A stretch of 64,000 nucleotides of DNA from Lingula anatina. Taxonomy: Eukaryota; Animalia; Brachiopoda. The notes beneath the pieces were generated by a model. That model saw only the letters and a program-made list of their open reading frames with translations. It made no database searches and was not told the origin of the DNA. The stretch covers positions 9,482,587 to 9,546,586 of the forward strand of contig CM120648.1 in the NCBI GenBank assembly GCA_051362555.1, in the 5' to 3' direction. A program made the translations under genes and the position numbers. Positions 1 through 11,922 of the stretch are shown in pieces. The first letter of the stretch is position 1; each line of letters starts with the position of its first letter.

Positions 1-639
1 TTTGATTTACGATTTATATCAAAAGCGTGTCCGTCATAGTTTTCACCTAGAGGCACATATTTACTGCTATCATCAATTATAAAATCTTGTCTATTCCCTA
101 TAGACCTTTTTCATGTTTTGCGGAAATACGAAGTGCGCATGACAGGAACCGCACGCCACAGGGGTCATGGTAGTCCTCTGCTGTTTCCAGCATGGCAATG
201 CTAGGTGTAGATGACGTACAAGGTGCGCATATAAAAAGGTCGTTTGAAGAGTGCACTGCTTTCTGTCAAACTAAAAGGGTGGCTGAAGCACAGAAATGCG
301 TAAACTGTAGGCAAGAAAACAGCTATTTGGACGGAAAATCAAGCAATTAAATGTTTTTTTCTCAGTTTAAATACGATGCGCTGTACAACTAGACTTCACC
401 TAAGCGTCCGATCCTTGGCTGCACTTCAATAGTGATGACGAACTAAAGCTTCAGAGTTCTTTTAAATGCTTCCGATAATAAAGATATGCGAAAGAGACTC
501 GTTATTTTTTATATATTAAATCAAAATAGCCAGTAGACTCGTACACAGCTTTCAAGAGTGTGGACAGGTGCGTAGGCCTACGTCTTCACAATATTACATG
601 TATATATGCAAGCTGTTGCGATATCACCTCATTTACCGG

Positions 640-1310
640 CAGTATCAATTTGTTACAAATGAAAGAGTTGTATGGTGACTTAAGCCAACGCATCTCAAAC
701 ATTGAGGCAAACTTGTAAAAAAGGCTGACGGAAAAACTAGAGGGCACTATTGAGGGAGTGCGGAGCGACTTGAATGAGCACATGAGAAAATTCAAACGCG
801 ATGTTGACAACAAAGTGAACGAAATAAAACATCTCCAGACAACAAAAAACTCAGAGGGTAAGAGGAGGTTCATTATAAAAAACTTACCCGAGGGAGCCAG
901 GGAAAACAAAGACCCACAGGCCCTTAAGCAAAGTGTGAATTCCCTTATACAGTACGGGTTGAATATCAAACACGTCCTCCTTGAAAAAGCTGAACGAAAA
1001 ATTACAAGAAGAAAGGGCCCAGGCATCGTTGTTGTCACAGTCTCCAGTGTAGAGCAGAAAAATGAAATTTTGAAAAAACAAACGGAAACTAAAAAACAGT
1101 AAAGATTATCACAGAGTGTATATTGAGGAAGAAATTAGTGAGGGGGAACAGAAAATGAGTTCAAATTTGCGCACCATTCTGAGACAGATAAGATGTGAAA
1201 AAGACTAAAGATTAATGAATGGACGCTTAGTCAGAAACGATTATCATCAATCTCCAGCAAATCCACGCGAAGGACAAAGACGGTGGCGCCAGGAAGACGA
1301 AGAATGGTAG
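640..1310 (+). pseudogene. LINE ORF1 remnant (coiled-coil plus RRM-like region)
   Basis: Coiled-coil-like stretch then RRFIIKNLPEG..AERK..PGIVVVTVSSVEQKNEILK; after a frameshift in the A-run near 1075 it continues KRKLKNSKDYHRVYIEEE..NGRL to TAG at 1308-1310. Start not defined. Confidence 0.75.
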
Positions 1311-3265
1311 GGGTGTTTAACGCTCGGTTTTTGGAACTGTGACGGGTGGGCAAGGAGCAATATAGATAGCAGCGCGTTTCGTGAAACACTCGTTAAACAG
1401 CTAGATTACGATATCTTTGGCCTCGCCGAAACATTCTTACAGGGAAATGATGAGTTACAGATTGATGATTATTTCTGGAATGGTAAAAACCGCACCAATC
1501 TGCATATGAATGCGCATAGAGGATCGGGTGGAGTCGGCTGTTTAATACGGAAAAGATTGTTATCAACCTACGACGTTACAGCACTTGACTCTGAGATGGA
1601 AGGAGTTATGTGGTTGTTTTTTAAAGCAAAAACTGAAAGGAATAACTTTTGCTTGGGTGTATGTTATCTTCCCCCAGAGAACTCGACACGCAAAGTTGAC
1701 CCTGAAAAATATTTTTCACAGCTTGCAACAGATATATATGGTTACCAAAATTTGGGAAATATAATAATTTGTGGTGACTTCAATGCGCGCTGCGGACTAG
1801 ATCAAAACATTATCGAAGGTGCAGATGAAATAGAACCACGTAAAATTTTAGATGAGCATACGAACAGCCATGGAACACACTTTTTAAATTTACTAAACAG
1901 ACACAAACTTTTGCATGCTTAACGGTAGAATAGGCGAGAATGACTATACAGGCATATCGATACAGGGGGTTGGCTGTAGTTGATTACGTCATAGTGCCAC
2001 ATGAGCAATTAAACTACATAAAAGAGTTCAAAGTTAGGCGTATGTTAGATGTAATAGAAAAACTAAGACTGCAACCTCCTTCTTCCATTCCCGGACACTC
2101 CATTCTCGAATGGTGTTTTATTGACCCAGGTATCCCTACAGCGAGCAAACAAGAATGGCACGGCTATGACAATATACAGCCTAAAAAACGTCATAAACTT
2201 GATGAAATTCCGTTCTCTTTCATGAATACTGCAAATGCAATATCCCATTTGCAGAACGATTTACATGCCACTGACATTTCAGCTGCTTACAAGGCATTTA
2301 CGGACCTATTGCAAAGTGAAATGGATGAGCATCTAAAATGGATTGTCCCCACAAATAACAAAATAATTAAAAGAAAGTATAAACCATATTGGAACAATGA
2401 TCTGCAGAGTCAATGGAGAAAGGTGATATCAGCTGAAAGGGAATGGATCAGATGTAAAAATGAAGTAACTAAGAAAAGAAGGTTAAGAGAAAAATTTTGT
2501 GATCAAAGGCGATCTTTCGACCGAAAGTTAAAAAGCTACAAGCGTAAACACCAAAAGGATAAACAGAATGAAATTAGCCGACTCTGCGCTGAAGGTAAAC
2601 AGAATTATTGTGAATTCTGGAAACAAATAGGAAAGTTGGATATAAAGAGCCAGAGGCGCAACACGGTTCCCTGGGAAGTTGTTGATGATAAGGAAATAAT
2701 AACTGACAAAAGGCAAGTGCTTGCTAGATGGCAAAGAGACTACCAAAAACTCTTTAATAATGTTTCACCCGACAGCTTCGATGATGAATTCTTAAATTCG
2801 GTCATCGCCGCGGAAAACGATGAGAGGTTACACTTAACGAACACGTCATACGAAATTCAGCTTAATGGCCCTATCAGACGAGATGAAGTATATAACGCTG
2901 TGATGGGATTGAAGAATGGAAAGTCGGTTGGTTACGACGGTATTCCGGTACGACGGTATTAAAAATAATCAGAGCAGCGAGTTGCTTTTCAAAATAATAT
3001 CTGCATGCTTTGAAAAGGGTGACATCCCAGACATTTGGAGAACCGGTATAATAACACCCATCCCCAAATCGGGAGAGAATGACTTGCGAGATCCGATGTC
3101 TTATAGGGGGCTGACTTTAATGTCAATCCCCAGCAAAGTTTATACAGCAGTACTTAACTCCAGACTCTGCAAATGGCTCGAAACTAACAAGAAGCTAGCG
3201 GACGAACAGAACGGCTTTAGGCGCAACAGTAGCTGCCAAGACCACCTTTACGCTTTGTACAGTCT

Positions 3266-3437
3266 CAGGCCCGTAGCCAGCAATTTCAAAGGGGGGGGGG
3301 GTTCTTTTTCTGAAAAAGTGGACCTTTAACCATATAATCCCCATGTACCTAGGTCAAATTTTACCCAGAGTGGACCTTTTTCCAGCAAAAAGGGGGGTTC
3401 TTTCGAACCCCCCGAACCCCCCCTGGCTACGGGCCTG
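3266..3437. mobile_element. MITE family A (15-bp TIR CAGGCCCGTAGCCAG, 5-bp TSD)
   Basis: Perfect TIR 3266-3280/3423-3437, TSD AGTCT at 3261-3265 and 3438-3442; excision restores RT frame LYSLVKNRKLAKRPTFACFVDARKAFD. Confidence 0.93.
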
Positions 3438-4782
3438 AGTCTAGTTAAAAACCGCAAACTTGCCAAACGTCCGACCTTTGCGTGTTTCGTCGATGCGCGC
3501 AAAGCATTTGATACAGTAAACCGTGATTTATTATGGCACAAGCTAAGAAAAATTGGAGTGAAAGGGAAAATACTTGACGCAATTAAGTCATTATATCGCG
3601 GTAACAAATGCATGGTCAGAGTAAATGATATGTACACGGATGAGTTTCCGGTGCTCAACGGTGTAAAGCAGGGTTGTAACTTATCGCCCACTCTATTTTC
3701 TATGTATATTAATGACCTGGCAGATGATATCCGAGGTTCTGGAATAGGAGTTCATTTTGAAAAGCATACCATTGGAATATTAATGTACGCTGACGATATT
3801 GTGCTTTTAGCGGAAACAGAAAATGACATCCAAAGACATTTGGATATTTTGCATCTATGGTGCAGAATATCGGTAAACCAAGACAAAACACAAGTTGTGC
3901 ACTTCCGAACAAAAACCACTCAATGTACTGGAGCAACTTTCAATTGTGGGAACATTGTTGTTGACGTTGCTGAAAGGTATAAATACCTAGGTTTGTGGTT
4001 CACTGACCATTTAGATATGCATTTTACCGTATCAGAGCTAACGAAGTCAGCAAGCAGAGCGTTATTTGCTCTACAGTCTAAGTACTTTCTTGTTGGTGGT
4101 ATGTGATTTGAGGTGTACAATAAGTTATATAAGACATTAATTGAACCAGTTATGTATTATGGGAGCGCTGTTTGGGGTTTATCGTCTTTTCCCAAGCTAG
4201 ACTCGTTACAAGCTAGAGCTGGAAAATTCTTTCTCGGAGTGCGTAAACACACTACAAACATTGCTGTAAGAGGGGAGATGGGTTGGCCCTCAAACTTAAC
4301 TAATCAACGTACGGAAGTCTTAAGGTACTGGAATAAACTAAAGACATCGGATGAAACCACACTAATAACAAAAATCCACAAATGGTCACTTTTCAAACCT
4401 CGCACCTGGGAAAGTAGAGTGTTGTCGCTTCTGTCTCAGATGGAACTACATACGGAGGGAGACCTTGTCAACATTTCTTTGGCCAAAATAGCTTTAAAAA
4501 CCGCGGATGAAAATTTATGGAAAATTAAGATGTGGGACGACAAAAAGTGCATAAATGGCAATAAACTACGAACATATAGAACATTTAAATGTGAACTTGT
4601 GACAGAATCTTACTTGCATAACAACTATCTGACTAGAGCACAACGACGGACTTTTGCTTCACTCCGCTGTGGAAGCGCACCCCTCAGAGTGGAAACTGGG
4701 CGTTACTCTAATACACCACTAAAAGAGCGCATATGCGTTTATTGTTCTTCTAAAGAAATAGAGAATGAGAAACATTTTTTAA

Positions 4783-5159
4783 AGATGCATACAAAGTCAA
4801 TTTTTTGTCACAAAAACCAACCAAATGCCAGCATATAGTTTCAAGTAGTATAACTAAGAGAATTACCAAAAGGCATTGTTTAATTTCACCCGAAAATAAT
4901 GTTTGAACAGATTTTTCTGCTGGCATTCTAAGCTGTATGTCAATGGGGCAAGAAAGTAGGTCACGGAAGTAGGTTAAATTTACAACCATAAATTTAAAGA
5001 AAGGAGCAGTCTAAAGGTCTTTTATGGCTGATCGAGTGATCTATTCAGTTTTTCCCTTGGCATGTCGAATTTATTTGAGTCATATAAGAATCTAGTAGAA
5101 GTGGTTTACATGTGTTACTGGAAATCCACACTCCACCGATGCTCGGTTCGTATGTACCT
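4783..5159. mobile_element. Non-autonomous TTAA-target DNA transposon (Kolobok-like)
   Basis: TTAA at 4779-4782 and 5160-5163; imperfect TIR AGATGCATAC/GTATGTACCT; excision restores EKHFLINCELYKDIREELF. RR..YY termini with TTAA TSD fit Kolobok better than piggyBac (CCC termini). Confidence 0.85.
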
Positions 5160-5867
5160 TTAATTAACTGCGAGCTCTATAAAGACATCAGAGAAGAGCT
5201 TTTTAGCCTTGCAAATCAAATAGACGAATATTTCAATGTTTTTAATGACTATGAAAAGTTTATATTTCTTATGCGAAACGACCAAATACAATTTTATACA
5301 GCGAAAAAAGTACACGCAATGATGTGGAAAAGAAGCAAAGCTTACAACAAAGAGAATGTTTGAAAAGTTTTATTTATAACATCCTTTTTTATGTATTTTA
5401 TTGATAAGTAACAATTTTAATGAACTTTTATGAATGTTTAATGCAGTAGCACAGCTTTTAGTCTCTCATAACTCTTAGTAGGGTGGGTTTTATTTATTTA
5501 AAACGTGAAAGGTTAATAAAATCATTATTATTATTATTATTATTCGTTACGATTTTAGTGTCTTGTTTGAAGGATGTCTTAAGAGATTTTTGAAGTGATA
5601 AAATGAAAAGATTCCCTGCATTGTTTGACTCGTACCTACTGTGTATACAAGTAAAACTGACACGCAGATTGTTCGTCGGTGAACTGATTAAATCGTTTGG
5701 TACCTGATAAGGCATCAGGTGTTAGTTGTTCAATTGTTCGGTAAGGGGGGGGGGGCGGCCACAACTACGACCTTTCCTCTGTAATTAAAACCTTCTTATT
5801 ATAAGTTTTGAATAGGTGAGACAGGAATTCTCGACTCTTTCCCAGACGATAATTAAAGTTTACCGTG

Positions 5868-5999
5868 CAGTGGACCTTTTATCATATAATCCCCATGTAC
5901 ATGTACATGTACCTAGATAAAATTTTACCCAGAGTGGACCTTTTTCCAGCAAAAGGGGGTTCTTTCGAACCCCCCGAACTCCCCCTGGCTACGGGCCTG
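5868..5999. mobile_element. MITE family A copy with left-end internal deletion
   Basis: Near-identical to ~3317-3437, intact right TIR CTGGCTACGGGCCTG, only CAG left of the left TIR; TSD CCGTG at 5863-5867 and 6000-6004. Confidence 0.88.
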
Positions 6000-6675
6000 C
6001 CGTGTCTTACTCTAGCATATGTAGAAAATTTACGACAGGTAAAAAATGTCAGACTTTTGGACTGACAAGTATGAAAATTTTGTCAAACTGAAACAAAACC
6101 GTCAGGCAAAAACAAAATTATAGCAATAGGCCGAATTATTTGATTTTTAAATGTTTTCATGCGTATTTTCATCGTTTTCAATCAAAGACAATAAAATCAT
6201 TCAGATAAAGTGTTTTCCACACATTTCATACTTTTCAACTATCTAAGACAGTTAAATATACGTAGGCCTACTTTGATACTAAGCATACAGTATTTGTATT
6301 ACTTTACAAATAAGTTGTAAGATTATTTTTATTATCCATTTTGTCTTTACCATACATGTATTATGCACGTGTAGCTTACAGAAAGGCTTCTAACGAGTTT
6401 GTTGGGAACTTATTAAACCTCAAATGTCGATCTTGCTTACTGTTATTGTAGCAGCGGGACAAAAAGCACGTAAACTCAGCCATAGTTTTTAGCACCGCTG
6501 TAAGTGTTTCGACATAGCAGGACTCCCCTACCCACAATGCAATTTCCATTTCCAGAAAAGATTAAAAAGGTCTATTCTAGAGTTAAAATCTCCAGCACAG
6601 ATATCTTTCTCAGATAATTCAATCATACACTGCTCTAGATTATAAACACCATTTGGTTCAGGTAATGATTCATAC

Positions 6676-6750
6676 ACCCCATTTCCATAGATTTTTAGAT
6701 CGATCTATCACTGTGGTAAATCTCACTTGTTTACTGTCAGCTTGGCCGGC
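6676..6750. mobile_element. Fragment related to MITE family B terminus
   Basis: CACCCCATTTCCATAGATT..TAGATCGATCTATCAC matches family B terminal sequences. Confidence 0.55.
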
Positions 6751-6870
6751 TTTTCAATTTCAATTTATTAAACCTTTAAGCCCTACGGCTCATCAGAATA
6801 TAAAACTGTGACAATATAAAGTTATATCTAATCAACTACCATGACTACAACAACTACTACAGATACAAAC

Positions 6871-8145
6871 AATAATAATAATAATAATAATAATTCATCA
6901 GATTGACATTAATCTAAGTTCCGATGCACATTTTAGGTATTTTCCCAAATTGTTTAATTGTGATACATTGTTAAGTGATAGTAATTTTTATTAATTTAAG
7001 TGTTGTAGTAGGCTCTGTTCTCACAACTTTTAGGTCGATCTATCACCGCGGGGAGTCTCACTAGATTACTGTCAGATAATCCCCCTTAAGTGTCCGTCCC
7101 CGCCTACTACAAGCTTTAAGGGGTAATTAACTTTCGTGTCCGCCCGGCTGACAGCTATTTAGCGTGAACCCCCAGGGAGTTAGGTCGATCCAATGTAGGT
7201 CGATCTAATCTATGAGAATGGGGTGGTATACTATTTGCAATATCACGCCTATTAAGAATTCTATTTATGTGGGATATTTTCCATGACAGCAAGTTTACTG
7301 TATTTCGTTTTTTTACACCATGCTCAGTCGTGTCGGTCTGCCCTTTTCCTATATTTGTGGGTCTTGGGCTTCGGCCGAATTCCTATACTAGGCCTGGTAT
7401 CCCCTCCATTCCAAAATATTCTGCGAGTCAAAGTCATATGTAAATTTCTTGCCATTTATGATCAGTTTGTCATGCACGATGTAGGCATTTTTTCTTCTTC
7501 TCTAGCTTTTACCATATATGTTCCTAGCTTCCATCTCATCTCTTTTACCTGTTTTGTGAAGTCCTGTGACACTCTAAGTTGTTTGTTTCCTTTGAGTTTT
7601 TCCTTTGCCTTTCTCTGGACAGATTCACGATCTTTGAAATTAAGGAACTTCACAATTACTGGCCGCTGAATTCCCCTTGGTCTGTTCAGTCGATGTGGCA
7701 TCTTGCTAATTGTTTCAGGGGTTATTCCCAACGACTCCGCGAGAAATGTTTTTGTTTTTTCTTCGACTGCCTCCCACGTTTCCTCAGCTTCTTGCCCTGG
7801 GTCCTGGATACCATGAATAATAACATTGTTCCTCTTCGATTAGCCTTCTGTGTAGTCCAATTTATTTTCAAGTTGTGTGATTCTAGCTTTCAGGCTGCTA
7901 TTTTCCAACTCCATATAGTAGGCCTATTTACCAGGCGTTCAACGCCTCTTCATGTTATCACCAATTTGTGTTGCAAATACGGATCTGGAAGGAGTTTGCT
8001 ATTTGTTTGCTAGACTAAGCAGACCTACATGTACATTGTTAAACCACCTGTTTCTTTCATTATCTTTCTTTACAATTGTAAAGAATGTGTTTCAGTAAAA
8101 ATTCACTAAACAATCTCAAGAAACCTCATGCGCGTACGCTCCAAA
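6871..8145 (-). mobile_element. LINE ORF1-only relic (L1TD1/Transposase_22-like ORF1) with (TTA)n tail
   Basis: Minus strand ~7840-7460 reads RRNNVIIHGI..ETWEAVEEK..HRLNRPRGIQRPVIVKFLNFKDRESV..LRVSQDFTKQVKEMRWKL, typical LINE ORF1 RRM/CTD; no ORF2 follows; (AAT)n at 6871-6893 is a candidate tail. Boundaries approximate. Confidence 0.7.
7011..7225. mobile_element. MITE family B (PIF/Harbinger-like, 3-bp TSD)
   Basis: ~215 bp, highly similar to 21373-21586 and 54751-54965; imperfect TIRs; GTA on both flanks (7008-7010, 7226-7228). Confidence 0.88.
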
Positions 8146-8479
8146 AAAGAAAGAAGTAGTCTTTTGGTTGACAACGTTATCATTAAAAATTCCTGTATTT
8201 GTACTTTATTTTCATAAGATCGATAATATCAGATAGCTTCCGAATTCATAAATGGGCCTAATATCGAGGTGTATCGACTTAAACAACGGCTGATTTCATT
8301 TAGAGGAAGCAAAACAATTCATTTAGCAGAAATATGCCTATTGGGTGTATCATATTAAGATAGTTAATACTAAAGTGAATCAAGTTCTACAAAAGGTTCA
8401 CGTATTATTTACTTAAACAAAACCCCTCTCAGAGCAAACTTTTGTATTGTTGATATTCTAATGCTGCGCCAACTATTAA

Positions 8480-8720
8480 CAACTGTCCTGATCTGCCGTT
8501 TCCGACATTTTCTGACCTGAATTGCCGGTTTCTCCTAAAGCAAGTCTGCGTCCTCTGGTATTTGTGGGGTCTGATACGACACATCCGCTCCAGTCTGTCC
8601 TGTGCCTATGAAGCGGAAGTAGGTTTAACTGCGCAAAAACTGGTGCGCAATTCTCGGTAGACTCATGGGAAAATTAAATGGCGGATCCGGTGCACGTCGG
8701 TAGTAGCTGACAAGAAGCAA
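8480..8720 (+). promoter_or_regulatory. CpG-enriched TATA-less promoter/5' UTR of CTDNEP1
   Basis: Local CpG enrichment, ETS-type GCGGAAGT (8613-8620) and YY1-type AAATGGCGG (8676-8684) upstream of coding exon 1. Confidence 0.55.
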
Positions 8721-8802
8721 AAAATTGCAATTTCTCCAACAATCTAGCTGCCCACAATTTTATAATTGGAGCCTCAACGAGAAGTGTTTTAATGCCACAC
8801 GA

Positions 8803-11358
8803 ATGTACACCTACTTTGTTATGGGCCTCAAGGGATTCGTGTTATTCGCGGCGAAAGTATGGAGTTTCATTTGCTACTGTATACGAAGACAAATTCGATC
8901 GGTAAGTGAAATAAATGTCGTGCTTGTCCCGAACGTCGCATGCATGGAGTGATTTCTGCTGACATCGAGTGATACGTATGTAAAAGTAACAGTGCCGCAA
9001 TTATGTAGCGTAAGTTCAGGTGTTGTTTTTCACTGAACTGAAACTTGACCTTATTCTGGTCAGTGTCATTTGCAAAACTGCAACGCGTCAACGATTTTTT
9101 AACGCAGGCGGTTGCCATTGGTCGAACACGTAGGGACACTGATGATATGAAGATAAGACAAGGTGATTAAATGTGCCCGTGCTGCGTGACTACTAGCCAT
9201 TAAATTTAGTCAACGTTTGGGCTGTTTAAAAATTGAGCGCGATTGACAAACTCGGACAAGTGCTGTTACTATTACTAAGATGATGTGCGAAGATGGTGTG
9301 CTTGGAAGTCATTAAATCATTGTACACGAAAAGTTTGCTTTTCAGCATGTTGTGCTGACTTTCAACTTGAAATAGTCATTTATTTTTTTAAAATTAGTAT
9401 TTAATATTTGACTAGAGTTTACCAGAGTAAACAAATTCCACAAGATAATTGACCTAGCATTTAAAAAAATTTTTTTTTTGGTTTATAGTTTGGATAGTAG
9501 ATGTGGGGATAATATTGTGAAAAAGTCAGTCAAAGTTAAATACTAAAAATACTTTTTTAAAGAAAAAAAAAAGTAAAATGTTTACCCATTTATAAAATTA
9601 CAGTGCAATACTTTACAAATTATTTTACTGATAGCTCTAAATGATTGCCTAGCCTTAAATCCACTGACTTTACTGTACATAAAACAGTCATTGGTTTAAT
9701 TATTTTGTTAATTTTTATTCATTGTCAAAAGTACAGGAACAGTACAGTAACGTATGACTGTTGTCAAGCCCTGAATGTACATTTGCTGGTATATTCACTT
9801 TTCCCTACTCCCTTGGTTAGTTCTTATGTAGAATGTACACATAGTGGAAGTTATGAAGTGATTTGTTTGCACAGGCTGGCCCATGTTGGTGATGTGCATA
9901 TTTACAGAGTGCAGCCAACCTTCTATTAATAAAGAGCTTCAAATGTCTGGATGATGTGTGAAACATTAACCCGGGCCCCTTGCAGTTTTAAAGGGGGGGT
10001 GGGGTGGGGGTATTTTTCTGAAAAGTGGACCTTCATATCCACAAATATTGCCCTGAGTGGACCTTGTCCTGGCAGAAAGGGCCATTCATTGGATTGATTA
10101 ATAGACAAAATTAGCAAAAGTAAAGTGCATACTTTATTTAAATTAGTTCAGATCATTTATCTACCTTGCCTTGTCTGAAAGCACCTGAAAAGTTTTTGAA
10201 AGACAGATGCATGATGTGGATTTTTAAAATTTACTACTCTCATTTTTCATGCTCAATTTTTACAACTTTTAAGATTTGAATTAGATTAAAGAGCAGTATA
10301 TATCTTAAATCCCATTTTTGTGTCTGCAGACAGTTTAGCGCATATATAACAATTGTATCATTCAGCATCATGACAAAAGTTTTAAACTCACAAGTCAGTG
10401 GGGTTGTATATCCTGTTGTCAGCTAATTGAGGCACACATGCAAAACTTAAAAAAACTTTAATGTTGTTTAATTTGTTTTAATTTATGTATTGAAATGTCA
10501 TATTGGTTTTCAGTATCCATCAATATTTTTTTATTATTATCTTGTGATATTTTCATCAGATTCATCCATTATGTCATATTTATCCAACATTTTATGGGTT
10601 GCCACTAAGAACTCAACTTAATTAGTATGCTATGAATATACACAAGCTCATGACAGTGACCATAAATGATTAAGTGGATGAGAATTTACAATATGTTTTA
10701 CTGTAACGCATTCTTTTCCTTTTTCTTTGCTACTCTGGCTTAGAAAAGAGTTGGCAGTTTGTTTGTTAATGAGAATGATAATTTGGAAAGTTCTTCACAA
10801 ATGTTAACGAAACTAGACAGTGAATTTAGGAGCGAAATAAGTGACTACAATTTTAACCTAACCTAGATCTCTTTATACAAATATTAAATTGTTTTATTGC
10901 CTTTTTCCTTGGTGGAGGTCTCCACTCAAGCTCCCAGGTGACAATTATGTAACACTTGTTTAACTCAAATACTTATTATAGAACACTTGTTTGAAGCAAG
11001 CTATAATTACATTGCACAATTATTACCTTTATATTGGATATGGAAAGCATAAATTTCATAGATTTAGATATATTGATTTTCAGAAGGCACAGCTTATGTC
11101 ACTTATGGATTATTTCATACCTGTGTAGGACTTCAGAGTGTGTGTGTGTGTGCGTGTGTGTGTGTGTACATGTGTGATTGGTAAGTAATGGGAGCTGAAT
11201 GGAAATATATGTATATATATTTATATATATTATCTTTGGATTTATGAATTCTTTATGAGGGTATTGGTGAAAAATGGAATAATGCTGTTTTGTATCGTAA
11301 CATAAATCAATGAAGTGTTGTTTACATGTTTTGGATTAGTTGATAGATGGGTATGTAC

Positions 11359-11447
<89 letters not shown>

Positions 11448-11891
11448 GACCTCAATTGATCAATGGATATAAATATATCCGTGTGACCTCTATTGATAAT
11501 TTATCTTTGGGTTTATTGACACAATCAATTATTCAGTTATAAATAGTTACAGCTTTACATGGCCTATTTATATATAATAACTTCTAGTACAACACTGAAA
11601 AACCGATTATCCTTCCAAAACCCAACAAAGATATTTTCGACTCCTCTGATACTAACCTATTATGTGATACTACCTTTACACATCTGCTCTGGTTTTAAAC
11701 TCTTCTCTGTGATATTGAATTATTCAGTCATGTTATTTCTGTGGTATTGATCTATTTCAGGTGATACAACACCAAACAGTTAGATATGAGATCCTTCCCT
11801 TGTCTCCACTGTCAAAACACAGATTAAGTAAGTATTTGAAGACTGAAAAATAAAATCCCATTAGCTTTGTATGTGAGATCCATTGACTTAA

Positions 11892-11922
<31 letters not shown>

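Larger units (their letters stand above)
1311..5363 (+). pseudogene. LINE ORF2 remnant (APE endonuclease-reverse transcriptase-CCHC)
   Basis: ORF-track fragments 1506-1922, 1940-2962, 2916-3329, 3558-4106, 4113-4838 and 5112-5363 are collinear pieces of one EN-RT protein, broken by frameshifts, a stop at 4104-4106 and insertions at 3266-3437 and 4783-5159. Confidence 0.92.
250..5543 (+). mobile_element. Decayed two-ORF non-LTR retrotransposon (LINE; RTEX/CR1-group-like, clade unresolved)
   Basis: ORF1-like region, APE endonuclease motifs (GFWNCDGW, GLAETFL, GSGGVG, CYLPP, GDFNAR, VVDY), RT motifs (GVKQGCNLSPTLF, YADD, YKYLG), C-terminal LRVETGRY..CVYC..EKHFLINC finger and (TTA)n tail at ~5525-5543. 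Several frameshifts/stops. 5' boundary approximate. Confidence 0.93.

Noticed and set aside
5790-5870. ..CCGTG as the right end of a Chapaev/Transib element containing the LINE
   Set aside because: CCGTG recurs at 6000-6004 and is simply the TSD of the adjacent MITE.
8725-8802. N-terminal extension of CTDNEP1 from a TTG start in the ORF track
   Set aside because: ATG 8803 gives a 243-aa protein matching family length; no homology support for the extension.
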